Positions 49,978 to 62,737 of a stretch of 64,000 bases of DNA are shown in pieces (within the stretch, counting starts at the first letter, position 1; each line of letters begins with the position of its first letter). The notes below the pieces were generated by a model that was not told the origin of the DNA, searched no databases, and saw only the letters and a list, made by a program, of their open reading frames with translations. This DNA comes from Sarea resinae (lineage: Eukaryota): the NCBI GenBank assembly GCA_026026165.1, contig JAPEUD010000024.1, positions 186,001 through 250,000 of the forward strand, given 5' to 3'. The position numbers and the translations under genes were made by a program.

Positions 49978-51102
49978 GGTAAGCTTTGCTCTCAATTAGA
50001 TGGAGCGTGTGCAGCTATGCCAGGTTGGCTGATGGCTGATGGCTGATGACTGATAGGTACAGCAGAGATCTTGCTGCAACAGCCCCTGTTCCTTCGGGTT
50101 ATGTTGATGCTCTCTATCTGAACTCCCTTGTTCCTTTGAAGGTGCTGCACTGACTTCTTCTTCTTGATTGCTCTGGCTCAATGATAGTCAATAACATGAG
50201 GATTCGGATACGCGAACGCGGTAGCACAGGGAACCTACCTTAATGATGGCCATGTCGCGCGTCACCTCATGCCATTCCTGTTTGGGTCTAGATCTGTCAA
50301 ATCCGGCTCGCCTCCGCACTTGCTCCTTTCTTTGCTCATCAAACCTCAGCAAGCTCACCTTTCCAACCTAGCACCTTCCCTTCCCTCCTACACCTCCTGC
50401 CCGTCACCATCAACATCCTAATCATCAACGCCAATCATATTTTGCATTCCTGTCTATTGCGAAGTACATCACCTGATTCATTGATCCTCATACTGAAATT
50501 TATCCATCACTCTGGGCCTCTTTAAGTCGTCTATTGGCGTCAGGATCCTCAGCTCATCAATTCATCGACCTGTTACGACCCCAGAGCTTCTGTTCGAAGC
50601 CCTGCAAAGCTCATCAGGTTTGGCATTCTCGGAGCTGCCTTCATCAGTTCGAACGCTTTCAAGATCCTCACCCATCCTTCACCCCTCGTCGAGCACTTCT
50701 CGTCCTCTACGACGATCCTATCACATTGGCTCTGATTGATTCCCAAGGGAATCATAACCCCGCTTCTCTACCGTCATCTCCTTCCAGGGTTCTGTCATAG
50801 AGCTCTACGAGATCACCTATCTGCCTTAGCACACAACATCTATCACTCCTCCGTCCATCGCAGCACCTCCTCAAGCACTCGCTCGCGACCTTTCTTCCAC
50901 CAGCATCACCTCCAATCGAATCACTTCCCCAAAACGCGCCTTGTTCCCTCAATTGAGCGCCTGCACCAGCACCAGCACGTTTTCCTTCGAAGACCTCTGG
51001 TGTACATAAATCTCGAGAATAAACAAGCGTGTCTCTATCGACCGCTTCATAATCTTTCGTGCGAATAAGAGTTTTAAAATTGAAGACTGAATCCCACTCA
51101 AC

Positions 51103-52661
51103 ATGTCGGCATCACCACCGCCAACAGCTGCTCCTTCTCAGAAACGGCCATTGGAGGAGCCCTCTTCCCCGTCTGGGCCCACTGATCAGCCTGATGCGAA
51201 GCGGCCTGCTCTCGATAAAGTGGTCAAGAGCGAGGAGTCTGGTGAGAAGACTGCTCCTGAGCCGGCAGAAGCTCCCATTGTCTCTACGGATGATGGCGTC
51301 AAGCCGGAGCCAGAGGCCCCAGCCGCTGCTCCTGCAGAAAATGGGAATGATGAAGTCCAGGCAGATACAGTTGTACCTGATGCACCTACTTCGGCCATTG
51401 CATCCATTACGGATACGCAGCCTATTCTGTCTACCTCGACCAATGGCCATGCGGATGCACCACAAAACAGTCAGGATGAGACCGGTTGGATCCATGTCCG
51501 CGCTGTCATTTCTAGTGCCGAAGCAGCTACTGTGATCGGCAAAGGTGGTGAGAATGTGACCCAGATCAGACGAATGTCCGGTGCAAAGTGCACAGTCAGC
51601 GACTACTCTAGAGGTGCTGTAGAAAGAATCTTGACCGTCAGTGGACAAGTTGATGCGACTGCCAAGGTTTGATATATTAGATCCCTTGATCTTCAAGTAT
51701 TAACTTTCTCTAGGCTTTTGGGCTTATCATTCGCACCCTCAACAATGAAGCCCTCGAATCTGCATCTACTCCCCAGTCCAAGACGTATCCCCTTCGACTT
51801 CTGATCCCTCATATTCTGATCGGTTCCATCATCGGAAAGCAGGGTGTTCGTATTCGAGAAATTCAAGAAGCTTCTGGGGCTCGCTTGAACGCCTCGGAAT
51901 CATGCCTTCCATTATCCACTGAGCGTTCGCTAGTTGTATTGGGTGTTGCTGACGCCGTTCACATTGCTACCTATTACATCGCCAGTACGCTTGTTGAGCA
52001 ACTGACGGAGCGGTTCGGCGGTCCTGCTGCTTCTGCGTACGCCACACGGTCTGGAGGTCCTGCCGGCGTCGTCCCTGGTGGCATGCAAGTCGTACCATAC
52101 GTTCCACAGCCTGTCGGCGGCCAGTACGGACATCCTGATAACTTTAGAAGGCACAATAACCAGCCTCAGCGTACCCCAGCCAACCCTTACGGCATGCCCT
52201 ATCTCCACGGGCAAGCTCCCCAGCAGCAGGGACAGTCTGCCATGCACTACGGAGGATCACCAGCCCAGGCCTACGCTGGAGCAGGGCCTCACCAGCCTCA
52301 TGCCCACGGTGCTCATGCGCCTCAAGCCAGCCATGCTGGCCCGCCTGCCCAGCCGATGCAAGGCATGGTTCCAGGACAGCCGCTTACGCAACAAATCTTT
52401 ATTCCTAACGATATGGTCGGCGCGATTATCGGGAAAGGGGGCGCAAAGATCAACGAGATCAGGCAGCTCAGCGGCAGCGTCATCAAGATCAACGAGCCTC
52501 AAGACAACAGCAACGAGAGATTGGTTACCATCACGGGCACCCAGGAATGCAACCAGATGGCTCTTTACATGCTCTACTCAAGACTTGGTATGTCTCTTTC
52601 AGCCAAATGTGGATATGATATGCTAACCTCGAGTCCAGAGAGCGAGAAGCATCGTATTTAG
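51103..52661 (+). CDS. Triple-KH-domain RNA-binding protein (Rnc1/Pbp2/hnRNP K-like); 3 exons
   Basis: Three GxxG loops: VIGKGGENV, IIGKQGVRI, IIGKGGAKI. Confidence 0.93.
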
Positions 52662-54073
52662 TCTAGGTCTGATGGAAATTTTGGGCGTTGTGACAGGCGA
52701 AGCCAGGAGGTAGCGGCTCTGTAGTCAAAAAGTACTCTCGTTTCATTCCATTCTTTAATGTGTTTTAGGTTATTTTGTCAATCATGCGTAACTTGGTCCA
52801 GCTTCAAATCCAATGGTCTATGGTTTTTTTGCCCAATTTGATATGCTGGTGCTATGTTCCAGTGCTATATGCTATGCTGTAAGACCTTCAACAGCACTTC
52901 TTGATTTGCTCGACCTCATAGAATCATGTTCTTCCCCCTCATCGAACCCCATCCATTACGGTAGCTAAGGACTCCATTCTTTTACCTGAGTCGGGTCCCT
53001 CCATATGTGACTTGCTTAGTCATTGCTTCACCAACGCCTCATGTTGAATGAACATCCTCAATATTGGATCAATCCGGCGACAGCTAAATCCAGATTCACT
53101 CTCGATAAGATTTCTCTTCCGGCACACTAGGAATTTCTCACACCATGATGCCTTTTGAGAGGAAATGGTGTCGTCCCGTTGCGGTGACGTAAACCTCCCG
53201 GTTTCTACGTCCATCAATTCATTCATATTTGCACACTTCCGTTTTCGGAAATTCTGGCCACAAAGAAAATGCTGTCAATGAAAATTGGCGGCATCTTGAT
53301 GAAAGAAAGGCATCATGAGTCAGTATCTCTCGCCAGATCTGCGTGAATCAATGATTAGATCAATCCATTGATCTATCAATCGATGCATTAAGAGTCTTTG
53401 AGCGAGACCGATCACTCAACCCGTGTGTCTGGACGATGCGATATGTCTTCTCGTGTATTGAGCATGTTTCTTATTCGTTTCTCCCTTGTTTAGACGCTGC
53501 TTGCCGTTGATATCGAGATCGTCATCTATGTTTTTCTTCCCGACTCGTACTATCTGAGTCACCGTCCTCGCCAGCATTTGCTCAAGTGGAATGCATGTTT
53601 GCCATATCGTCGCTAGCTCGATCTGCACGATTCGATTCCCGCTCAGCTTCTCTTTTAGCCCGATAGCAATAGCCCGCTGAAAAGAACTGTTTGTGTTCTT
53701 GTTCTAAATGTCAAACCTCTGTTATCCAGGAGACGTTTCTCCTGACCATTTCGATTCAGGATGGATGACTACACAGATGCGGCCACCGCAGATACCCGAC
53801 GACGTAGCGATCAATAACACGAGCACCAGCATCGGCAGCAGCAGGCCGATAGCTGCATCGAGAAGGATCTTACCATCTAGAATCCCTAGAAGGGTTGCTC
53901 CTTACAGACAACTATCGCAGAAGAAGGAAAGGAACTTCAGGTTTATAAGCTCCCTCCCACCCTGGCGTTACGCTTCTTCTGTCAAACATGAATCTCTCCT
54001 CAGCACTGCAATCCTGCCTCACTGTTTCTTGTTCACATGTGCTTTTCTCTCCCTAGCCACACGCAGCACAAGG

Positions 54074-55384
54074 ATGAAACCCTCTAAGAAACAAAAGACG
54101 AAGCAGCCCACTCCATCTGCCCCAACCTCATCAGATTCCCCCCAAAAGTCCAAAGGTTCCAAGTCTCTCAAGCAAAACCCAGACGCTGATTCAGGCCCAT
54201 CCACTGCACCTAGGACGCTCTTCAAAACGTTCCAGACCACAACGACTGTCCTTGTGGGCCCCACAGCGCAGCCTTTCGTCATCCATACCGGTCTCCTCAC
54301 TCTGAGGTCGGAATTTTTCGCCGCTGCGCTATCTGAGAGACACGGATTCAAGGAGGCGATAGAGAAGGTGGTCAAACTGCCTGAGGAGAGGATTGAGAAC
54401 TTCGAGTACTTTATCCAGTGGCTTTATACTAAATCTCTGTCGCACGAGGTCGTCAATGGGGATATTCCGAAGTTGGTGGGTGGGGTAAAGGGGTTGATGA
54501 GAAGGGATTATGGCGATGGTGAGGAAGACGAGCTCTATCCAGATGACGAAGAGGAGGGACAGTGGCGGGAACCGGAAGAAGTCCGCTTCCCTCCTTGTAG
54601 TATACGCCCAACTTCCTCAAAAGTCATTGAGCCAAGTTCGAGGATTCCAGAGATGTCTTCCACATCAGCCTCCCTCCGCTCTCCCACCACTCTCGACAAC
54701 TATCTCGAGGACAACCCCGACGACACCTATAAGGATCTTCCCACCAGCCCCTTCAAGCCACTCAATCCACCCGCCTACTATCCTCTCGTCCACCTCTATT
54801 GCCTCGCACTCCGCCTCTGCGTCCCAGCCCTCCAGAACGCCATAGTATCGCACCTCGCGCACCTCGCCCACAAAACAAACACGATGCTCACGCCGTCCGA
54901 CACGCACCTACTGTACACGCTCGTGCCCGCCGACTCCCAATCCAAGCTCAAGAAACTGATCGTGCACCTCTTCGCCAGCATGCGAACGGAGCGTCTCCTG
55001 AGCTCCCACCGCTCCGCCTGGAACGAGTTCTTCCTGCGCGACCTCGTCATCTGCCTCAAGCGCGCCGAGCACAAATACGCCGGCCACGAGCACGCGTTCA
55101 TGGATCACGGCGAATGGCAAAACGTCGATCCGCCGCCCCTTGGGTCCCGCCAGCACGCAAGAGACCAGAAGGTGCGGATAGCCCAGTTCGAGGCAGGCCG
55201 CGGGCGCGAGTTTTGCGTGCGCTACCACGTCCACTATTTCCCGCTGCGTGGCCGCGAGCAGGGTGATTGGACGCCGGGCCTCTGTGCACCGCCTACCACA
55301 AAGCAGGAGCAGAGTTCGGTTCGATTGCGACGGCAGCCTCGGAGGCGGAATTCTGGGGGAACGGAGCCCATGGATCTGGTCTAG
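54074..55384 (+). CDS. BTB/POZ domain protein
   Basis: VLVGP..FVIHTGLLTLRSEFFAAAL..FKEA..VKLPEE..FEYFIQWLY; LVHLYCLA..LQNAIV; ATG 54074 preferred over 53708. Confidence 0.85.
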   Translation: MKPSKKQKTKQPTPSAPTSSDSPQKSKGSKSLKQNPDADSGPSTAPRTLFKTFQTTTTVLVGPTAQPFVIHTGLLTLRSEFFAAALSERHGFKEAIEKVVKLPEERIENFEYFIQWLYTKSLSHEVVNGDIPKLVGGVKGLMRRDYGDGEEDELYPDDEEEGQWREPEEVRFPPCSIRPTSSKVIEPSSRIPEMSSTSASLRSPTTLDNYLEDNPDDTYKDLPTSPFKPLNPPAYYPLVHLYCLALRLCVPALQNAIVSHLAHLAHKTNTMLTPSDTHLLYTLVPADSQSKLKKLIVHLFASMRTERLLSSHRSAWNEFFLRDLVICLKRAEHKYAGHEHAFMDHGEWQNVDPPPLGSRQHARDQKVRIAQFEAGRGREFCVRYHVHYFPLRGREQGDWTPGLCAPPTTKQEQSSVRLRRQPRRRNSGGTEPMDLV

Positions 55385-55686
55385 AAATTGTAGTTCTGTT
55401 TTTCTTGTATTTGGCTTGTCTTAGTTCCGATCTATCACTAGTTCTTGTATCTCCTCACGCACAACACCGAACCCCAGAACCACAGTACCAAGCCTTTCAC
55501 CTAGACAAGGAAACATGCATGCTCTCCAGCTATCCTCACACCTCCCCTACTCCTTCCCCTACCCCTTCCCCACCCTCATCCCGGCCCAGCCCGTCTCGTC
55601 TCGCCTCGTCTCCCAATTTTCCCAGCAAAATCAGGTAGCACACGAGTAGACTCCGAATACCAGGGCAGCCACTAGCCCACTATGTT

Positions 55687-55845
55687 CCTCCTCCTCCTCC
55701 TCCTCCTCCTCCTCCTCCTCAGCACCGAACCCTGCGTACCCACTGGCGCGCGCGTGTGTGTCTCCTGGGATGCTATGCCAATATTGATACTACACAAATC
55801 CACACTGCTGACCATCCTTGCCCGTAGACCAGTAGACAGATAGAC

Positions 55846-55890
<45 letters not shown>

Positions 55891-55979
55891 CATTGACTTC
55901 GTCCATGATTATATCCAACGCAGAGGGGGGGGGGGGGCTTTCGGAGTAAGCTATCGTAGCTAGCTAGACCCGACTGGGT

Positions 55980-56032
<53 letters not shown>

Positions 56033-56625
56033 GCTACTGCTACTATCTACATGTTTATAGGAACCATCCTACCTACCAGACAGAAATATCTACCTAGGAC
56101 TGATCTAGGGCTCTATGACAAGTCTAGTTTACCCTGGGGCAGAACACACACACGGCTATAAGTCCATCCACCTGTACTAATTAGCAACATGCCACGCTCG
56201 AGGAAATTCTAGAGGAAATTTTTAGAGCTATAGGAAAGAGATGCCGAGGACTGGTTTAGTACTCATTCGTTGAATCAGTAAGTAAGTGATTGAGTGAGTG
56301 ATTTAAGTCCTATGGTAGTGGGATGATAGGATCCTCAAATATCGGACTTCTCATCATCTATCTCTCATCATCTATTATCCAGCAACTAGGTAGCTATCTA
56401 CATGCAGCTATCTTTATCTGCAACCCCAGCAATCTACAACCTTTGAACGCCATCTTCATTCATACAGAAAAGCATCCGCTGCATCTGCCGCCAGTAGTGT
56501 GATTCAGACCCAGAATTCAGATAGAGGGTTTTTCTTTTTCTTTTTTCTTTTTCTTTCCCTTTTTCCTTTTCTTTTTCTTTCTCTTTTCTCTTTTCTCTTT
56601 GTTTCTCTTTTCCTTTTTCTCTTTA
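55687..56625. repeat. Microsatellite cluster: (CCT)n 55687-55720, (AGAC)n 55835-55891, G13 55925-55937, (CTA)n 55980-56045, (TTTTC)n 56528-56625
   Basis: Direct reading. Confidence 0.9.
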
Positions 56626-57647
56626 GCTCAACGGAATCAATTCGCCGAGGTCTGAGGTCTGAGGTTCTGGGGGTATGAGGTTCTAAGGTTCTGAGAGTCT
56701 GAGGTTCCAGGGGTATGAACTAGAGAGGAATTTGTGTGTGTGATAGTCGTACTATATGAATAGAGAGCCTATGAGTAGTCGTCTCACGCAAGCATGCACC
56801 CACCCACCCACCCACCTACGCACCTACGCTTGGGTGCGCGTATGGGATGTAGGTATGAGATATGCATAGAGCTTTGTAGCTAGCTATAGAATAGATAGAT
56901 ATAGATATATGTATAGAAACCCCCCCCCCCAAAAAAGGGGAAACAATCTCGAGAGACAACTAAGTCCGAAGAAGGAGAAGAAGAAGAAGAAGTGAATGAG
57001 AAAGGGAAGAACCGAAAGAAAAAAAAGTCGTTTTTCATTCGTGTGTTTCGTTTCATGCGCGACCCGTCGGCGCGGAAGAGGGCGTGTGGTGCGTGGTGGT
57101 TGTGGTGGTGGCTGTAGCTGTGAGTTTGTCTTGCTGAATGACTGGCTGAATGGCTGGCTGGCTGGCTTCGTAGGTGCGTGTTTGATGTGCTTGCTTGCTT
57201 GTTTGTTTGCTCTGTCGTGGTATCTAGGATTGACATTGCGATATCTGATACTCGGTCCAGTCCAGTCCAGTCCATGCGCATACCCATAACCTTCATCATT
57301 GGACTGAAAACCCGTATCAAATCATATCCAAACTTTCATTCTGTCCTATACCCATACTTTCCCCTCTGCCGTTCCTTGCACTATCTCATCTCCGTTCGCG
57401 TTCCCATTGCTTGCTGCTTTCACTGCCAAAAGAAAATTCCAAATCACACTTCTCATCTGCGCTTGTTCTCGTCCTAGGAAAGAAAATCTTCTATCCATAC
57501 CACCCGATGATCTCCCTAGAGAAGCTTTCTCGTATCACATGCCATGCCTTTGTCATACGGCGTTTTACTTGCACGTGAGGTCGCAAGACACCTAGGTGCA
57601 GTGCTGGAGAAATTCACATGGCGCTTTTCGAGACCAAGAGAGCAAGA

Positions 57648-60472
57648 TCACGTGTACGGGAGGTTGATATCGCCGGTGTTGATGTTCGGCGGGAAGATCT
57701 TGTCCCATTCGGCCTATTTAGAGCACACACGAGCACGTTAGTTACGTCTTCTTCTTGAAGGGGAAAGACTGGGCAAGGAAGAGTGGTAGTGGAGAGACTT
57801 GGGGTTCTGAATGTAGGGAGGATAGGAGTGTCATTAAGAATAGGCTTACCCAGTCGATGTCTATCATCGGGTCGTCGAGGGGCACATTGATAGGAGGAGC
57901 AGTGCTGGCCGGTGGTGGCGGTGGCGGTGGCTGTTGGTGTGGGTGCTGCTGTTGTTGCTGCTGCTGGGGAGGAAGATATTGCTGCGAGTATGCTTGTTGT
58001 TGGTGGTGGTCGTGTATGGTGGGAGGCATATTAGACAGCGGTGGCGGTGGCGGCGCATAATGAATACCCTGGGGTGCGTACGGATCTGGCTTCACCCCCG
58101 GGAGCGACGCAGCACTGGCTGTCGCAGCCACGGCCTCGTATGTAGCCGCAGGGTCGTATTGGAACTCCTGCGCTGCGGCCGTGGCGGCACGTGTGGACGT
58201 CGAATCGGACACTGGGGGTTGCGACGGAAGCGGTGCTGCAGGAGCTTGGGTATCTGGATACGGTGGAGACTGTTTGGGCGGTTGACGGAGCCGATCGGTG
58301 ATCCCTTTGGGAGCGCGCATCTTGCGCAGTTCCTGGTAGACACCCATCTTATCTCTCAATTCGGTCAAGATACGACGAGCCTTCTCACGACGCGGCAGCT
58401 GTGCAGGGACGGCATAGATGTAGTCGAGACATTTCCAGATGCGGTCGGCTTCGCGGCGCATGGGATAGGTAAATACCTCTACCAGGAGTAAGAAGGCGGT
58501 GTGGTATTGCTGCGAAGCGCCCATGTACCACGTCCAGGGGCTGAGAGAGGGTAGAGTCTCAATGGTGACGGAGTCTTCGAGCTGCTGCGTGCCGGTTGTC
58601 AGGATGATCTGGCGCAGACGGTCTGGACACGGAACGTGTACGCTGTCATGGTAGCGGTGCAGGATCATGATATGCATTCGGCTGATGAGCACATCCAGCA
58701 GGAGACGAGCGAGATGTTGGATTGGCACATTTTCGTCGATCAAGGGGAGGTATTTATCGTTCATCGATTTGCGAAAGTTCTCAATCTTGCCCAGCACGGC
58801 AGTGAGAGAGGTCTCCTTTCTCTCCAGGCGAGGACGGTCGATCCAGACCACCCGATGCATCTCCATGCACTCAAAGCGCATGCGTGTAAAGGTCACATCA
58901 GTCCATCTCTTAGCATCTTGACGCGGGGGATGCTGTGTTTCGAGGTCGGCATCGTCGATATTCAAGGGCATCAATGTATCGTAGTCATCCTTGCGAATCG
59001 AAGGACGAGGGCCTTGAGCTTCACAGGTGCGTACGTCCAGGAAACATAACTGGTACCAAATCAAACGGCGGACATGAACCTCGACGGGCGATAGGCCGTA
59101 ATTGGTGCCGTCACGATGAAGGCCCATGCACTCCGCCATACGAATGGCGGTGCCCGTCAGGGTCGAATGAGCACGAGATATCTGGTCGCGACAAAGTGGA
59201 ATCTACAAATAGTAAGCTCCAGCAAGTTCCAGAAACACATAGCCTAGAGCGAAGGAGAAACGCACCAGATACATGACGAAAGCCTGCAGAGTCTCGACTT
59301 TTGACGATCGAAGGAAATTCGCTCTGGCCAAGGCAGTTTCAGTCCCAGCTCTAAAGTTATCTACCAGGTCGGACTTTTCGGAGCCGAAATTACGGAATAC
59401 AAGATCATATGGCATGCTGACAAGGCCGGAGAACATTGCCGCAAATACCAAAGCCTGGAGAGAGTTCGCAGGCTCGATGCCCATGGACACCTCGACCCAA
59501 AAGGTTTCATACTGTCTTTCAAAGCTGGGGCGATGGACGATGCGAGCAATGCAATGAACTGCGTCCCAATATTGCTGTATGAGCCGGTCTGCAGATTCCT
59601 TTGGGGGCAAAAAGTCGAGCAGAGATGGTTGGTATCCGCCTCCAAAAAAGAAAGTAGATGATGGGGGGATGTAAGAGGGGCCGGGCCGTAGCATAGCTTG
59701 GGCCATCTCGGGAGATTCGTCCGGACGTGATAAGGAGTTATCTTTATCATCTGGACCTTGCAACCGTTTCAATGTTGCGTCAAGCTACGAGATTCAGTCC
59801 TTGATCAATCGAGCTCTCAACTGCTACAGGGAATAGGAGCCATATACCAACCTCTTCGGCCATTTTCGGTCTGAAAAACCCTCCCACCCTCTCAGTGATC
59901 CTCATCTTGCCCAGCTGTATGCCAAGATCCATTAGATCGTCGTCTGCATCGTCATCGTAAGCCGCATCACCGACAGCCAAGGAGGTAGGCTCGAGATCCC
60001 TCTCGTCTTCTGCTTCGGAGAGATCTTCTCCTTCTGCTTCACCTTCTCCTGCCAAGGGGCCCGTTGCACGACTCTTGCGACTGGCTCTCCGTGCAATATC
60101 TTGCTCCAGCACTCTCTCGAGGGACCCCATCTTCTCCTTGATCTCCGTCAGTCTTAGCTGCGAGGCCGAGTCCAAGGCGGGCGCCAGGAACACGCAGTCC
60201 CGCCCGGACTTGGAGCAATTGACACATGGATGTGACTTGTTGCATTTCAATTTTCGACGGCGACATTCCAGACACGACGTGATCATGCGGTTGCGACGGC
60301 GAATCTTGGGCGGAGCCACGGCCCCGGAGGATGATGGAAGATGGCTGGCATTGCTGCCGGCCCCCAAGGCGTGAGATGGCGGCTGCTGTGACGCAGACGC
60401 AGCGGCATGAGACTCTGCGTGGCCGCCCATTACCCCAGAATGGTATGGACCAGGCTTTGGGGCATCCGCCAT
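57648..60472 (-). CDS. Zn(II)2Cys6 transcription factor with fungal-specific TF domain; 4 exons
   Basis: SCLECRRRKLKCNKSHPCVNCSKSGRDC; AECMGLHRDG..EVHVRRLIWYQLCFLD; Gln/Pro-rich tail; last exon AEWDKIFPP..YT* ends 57648. Confidence 0.95.
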
Positions 60473-61760
60473 CGTCGCCCACGCGAGCTATCTCCGTGCT
60501 TGTGGACGGGTGCGGCGTGGTATGGCGGCAGAGCAGCCTTACGTCCGTTACAGATAGGCGCAGATCGACGGTGTGAGTCTCTGTACGGCCGTTGGATGCT
60601 CTCGGCCGCTACTCAAGCGGTAGACCCTTGAATGGTTCAGCAATCTCCATTGGCGAACGATGGGACTTGGGGAAGGGTGGGCCTCACGGTCCTGATCTTC
60701 GGCGCAGCACTCTGCACTCTGCACTCTGCACCACGAAGCCGGATGACTGGTGATATGTGATCTGAGGGTGGATCGTCGTCGTCGGGAAGGATTCGAGCAC
60801 TGTGGAGGAGGGAAGAGAGAGGGTGACTGCGACTGCGGCTGTCCATGTCTGCTCTGGGTCGGAGCGACAAAGAGGGGGATGATTGGGTACATGGTCAGAC
60901 AGCAGCCTGCACAGTGCGATGCATGCACGTCCGCACGGCGACCCCCAACGCCGGCAAAAGGTCAAGATCCAATGGGACCAAGTCGACTCTCGTCACGCCG
61001 TGTTGGTGTCTCCTTGCGGCAAAAACCCCATTATCACCAACCCTGGGGCTGGAAGGTGTGATGCCCTTCCGCCATCTACTCCGGAGTACCTACAGCGTAT
61101 TTACCCCACCATCACCAGGCCATCACCAGGCCATCACCACCAATGCCTCTATCTTCGTCTGTATGCTGTATAGGTGAGTAATTCTTGAACACTGAATGCA
61201 TATGATCGCTGTATTCATCTTCATCTACTTCGTATGATGGTCGCAATCTTCGATTCGAGACAATCCCACGGCAGTCCACGAGCAGTTCAACTACACGCAC
61301 GCACCGATCAATTGCGCCCACCACCAGCTTCCACATCTCTCGGTGGACACTCGAGCTGCTTCTCTCTCACACTGATGACTGATCACGACTCCATGACTGA
61401 GCAACGACTTCCCCCCTTCTCTCCAGATTCCGCTGACTAAGGAGGTCCTGAGGGCCTCGGCCGAGTCCCGACTAACCGACCGGCCGCGATGCCTGATGGA
61501 GGGGCACATACGTAGAGCCCGGAAACATAGAGGGGCACATCTAGAAGCTTACCAAGCCCTCCCTCCAGCTCCAGGAGAATACTCCGATTCCATGATCAGC
61601 ACATCGTCCTTCTCCCACTCTTCCCCCGCTTCCATCACCATCACATCCATTCTCTGTACTTGTCAGATCCACATCTACTACATACATTCAACACTCCACA
61701 CAAAGACCATCGCCCGTCTGAACAATCAATCCAAGCCAGCGAGCTACCTCCTCATCGACC

Positions 61761-62506
61761 ATGTCTAACCCACCCGTCACAGAGGTCTGCTTCCTGCCGC
61801 TCCAACCCGGCGCAGATGTCGAGAACCCCAGCTCACCCACGGGCATCATCCTCGCCGACGCGCTGAAGACCGTGCAAGCACAGCCCGGATACCAACGAGC
61901 CTACTCGGGCCGGAGTATCGAGAGCCCTGACCGGTTCTATCTGCTCGTCGGTGCGCACCCCATGTATCGCTCGCCTTGAAGCGTACGGCCCGACTGACTA
62001 GCTTGTCCCGAACAGACTGGGAGACCATAACCTCGCACCACAATTTCATGGCCTCGCCGACCTACGGCCCTTTCGTAGCCGCTCTAGGTCCGCTCGTCAG
62101 CGGCCCGCCCACGGTTTTCCACGCGGCCTTCAAGCCCTCGCCGCCCACGCCCGCCGTCTCCAACACCAGCTCCCCCGTGACAGAAGTGGTAACCTTCTAC
62201 CTGCCGGCCTCGACGACGGCCGCGCAGAAGGAGTCCTGGGATAAGGACTGGGCGGCGTTCTCGGCGGAGATCGCAAAGGCGGACGGGGTCGCCGCCGGCA
62301 TGATCGGTGGCTGGGTTGTCGAGGAGCAGGAGCGTGCCGACGTCGAAGGTGGAAAGGCCATCGCGTTCCAGGGTGTCATTGGCTGGCAGAGCGTCGAGGC
62401 CCATCTGAAGTACAAGGAGACGGATGCATTCAAGAAGTATATTGCGCCGTTGAGGGAGCAGTGGAAGTCCGTGGATCTGTACCACGTGAGCTTCACCCAG
62501 CATTGA
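61761..62506 (+). CDS. Dimeric alpha/beta-barrel (ABM/EthD-like) protein; 2 exons
   Basis: Two repeats each starting PVTEV and containing W..H (DWETITSHHNF; GWQSVEAHLKY); intron ~61951-62015. Confidence 0.8.
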
Positions 62507-62737
62507 AGGTTGAAAGCGACTCAGCGGCCGGCATTGTCGAGGGGCAAGGTGTCTAAAATATGAGGGAGTGTGACTCCTTGGGTTCTTCCAATCGATCCGA
62601 CAATAGATGAAAAGGGAAGATTGATCTTTTGTAGAGTGTCCGCATTCCACAGCAGCCATAGAAGCACATAGGAGCTCAAAGTAATCCAATTTATTGTACA
62701 TTGAAAATTGCCCAGCCGACGAGAATGCTGCAAGTGT

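Noticed and set aside
53708..54073. N-terminal extension of the BTB ORF
   Set aside because: Looks like 5' UTR; downstream ATG 54074 gives a typical protein start.
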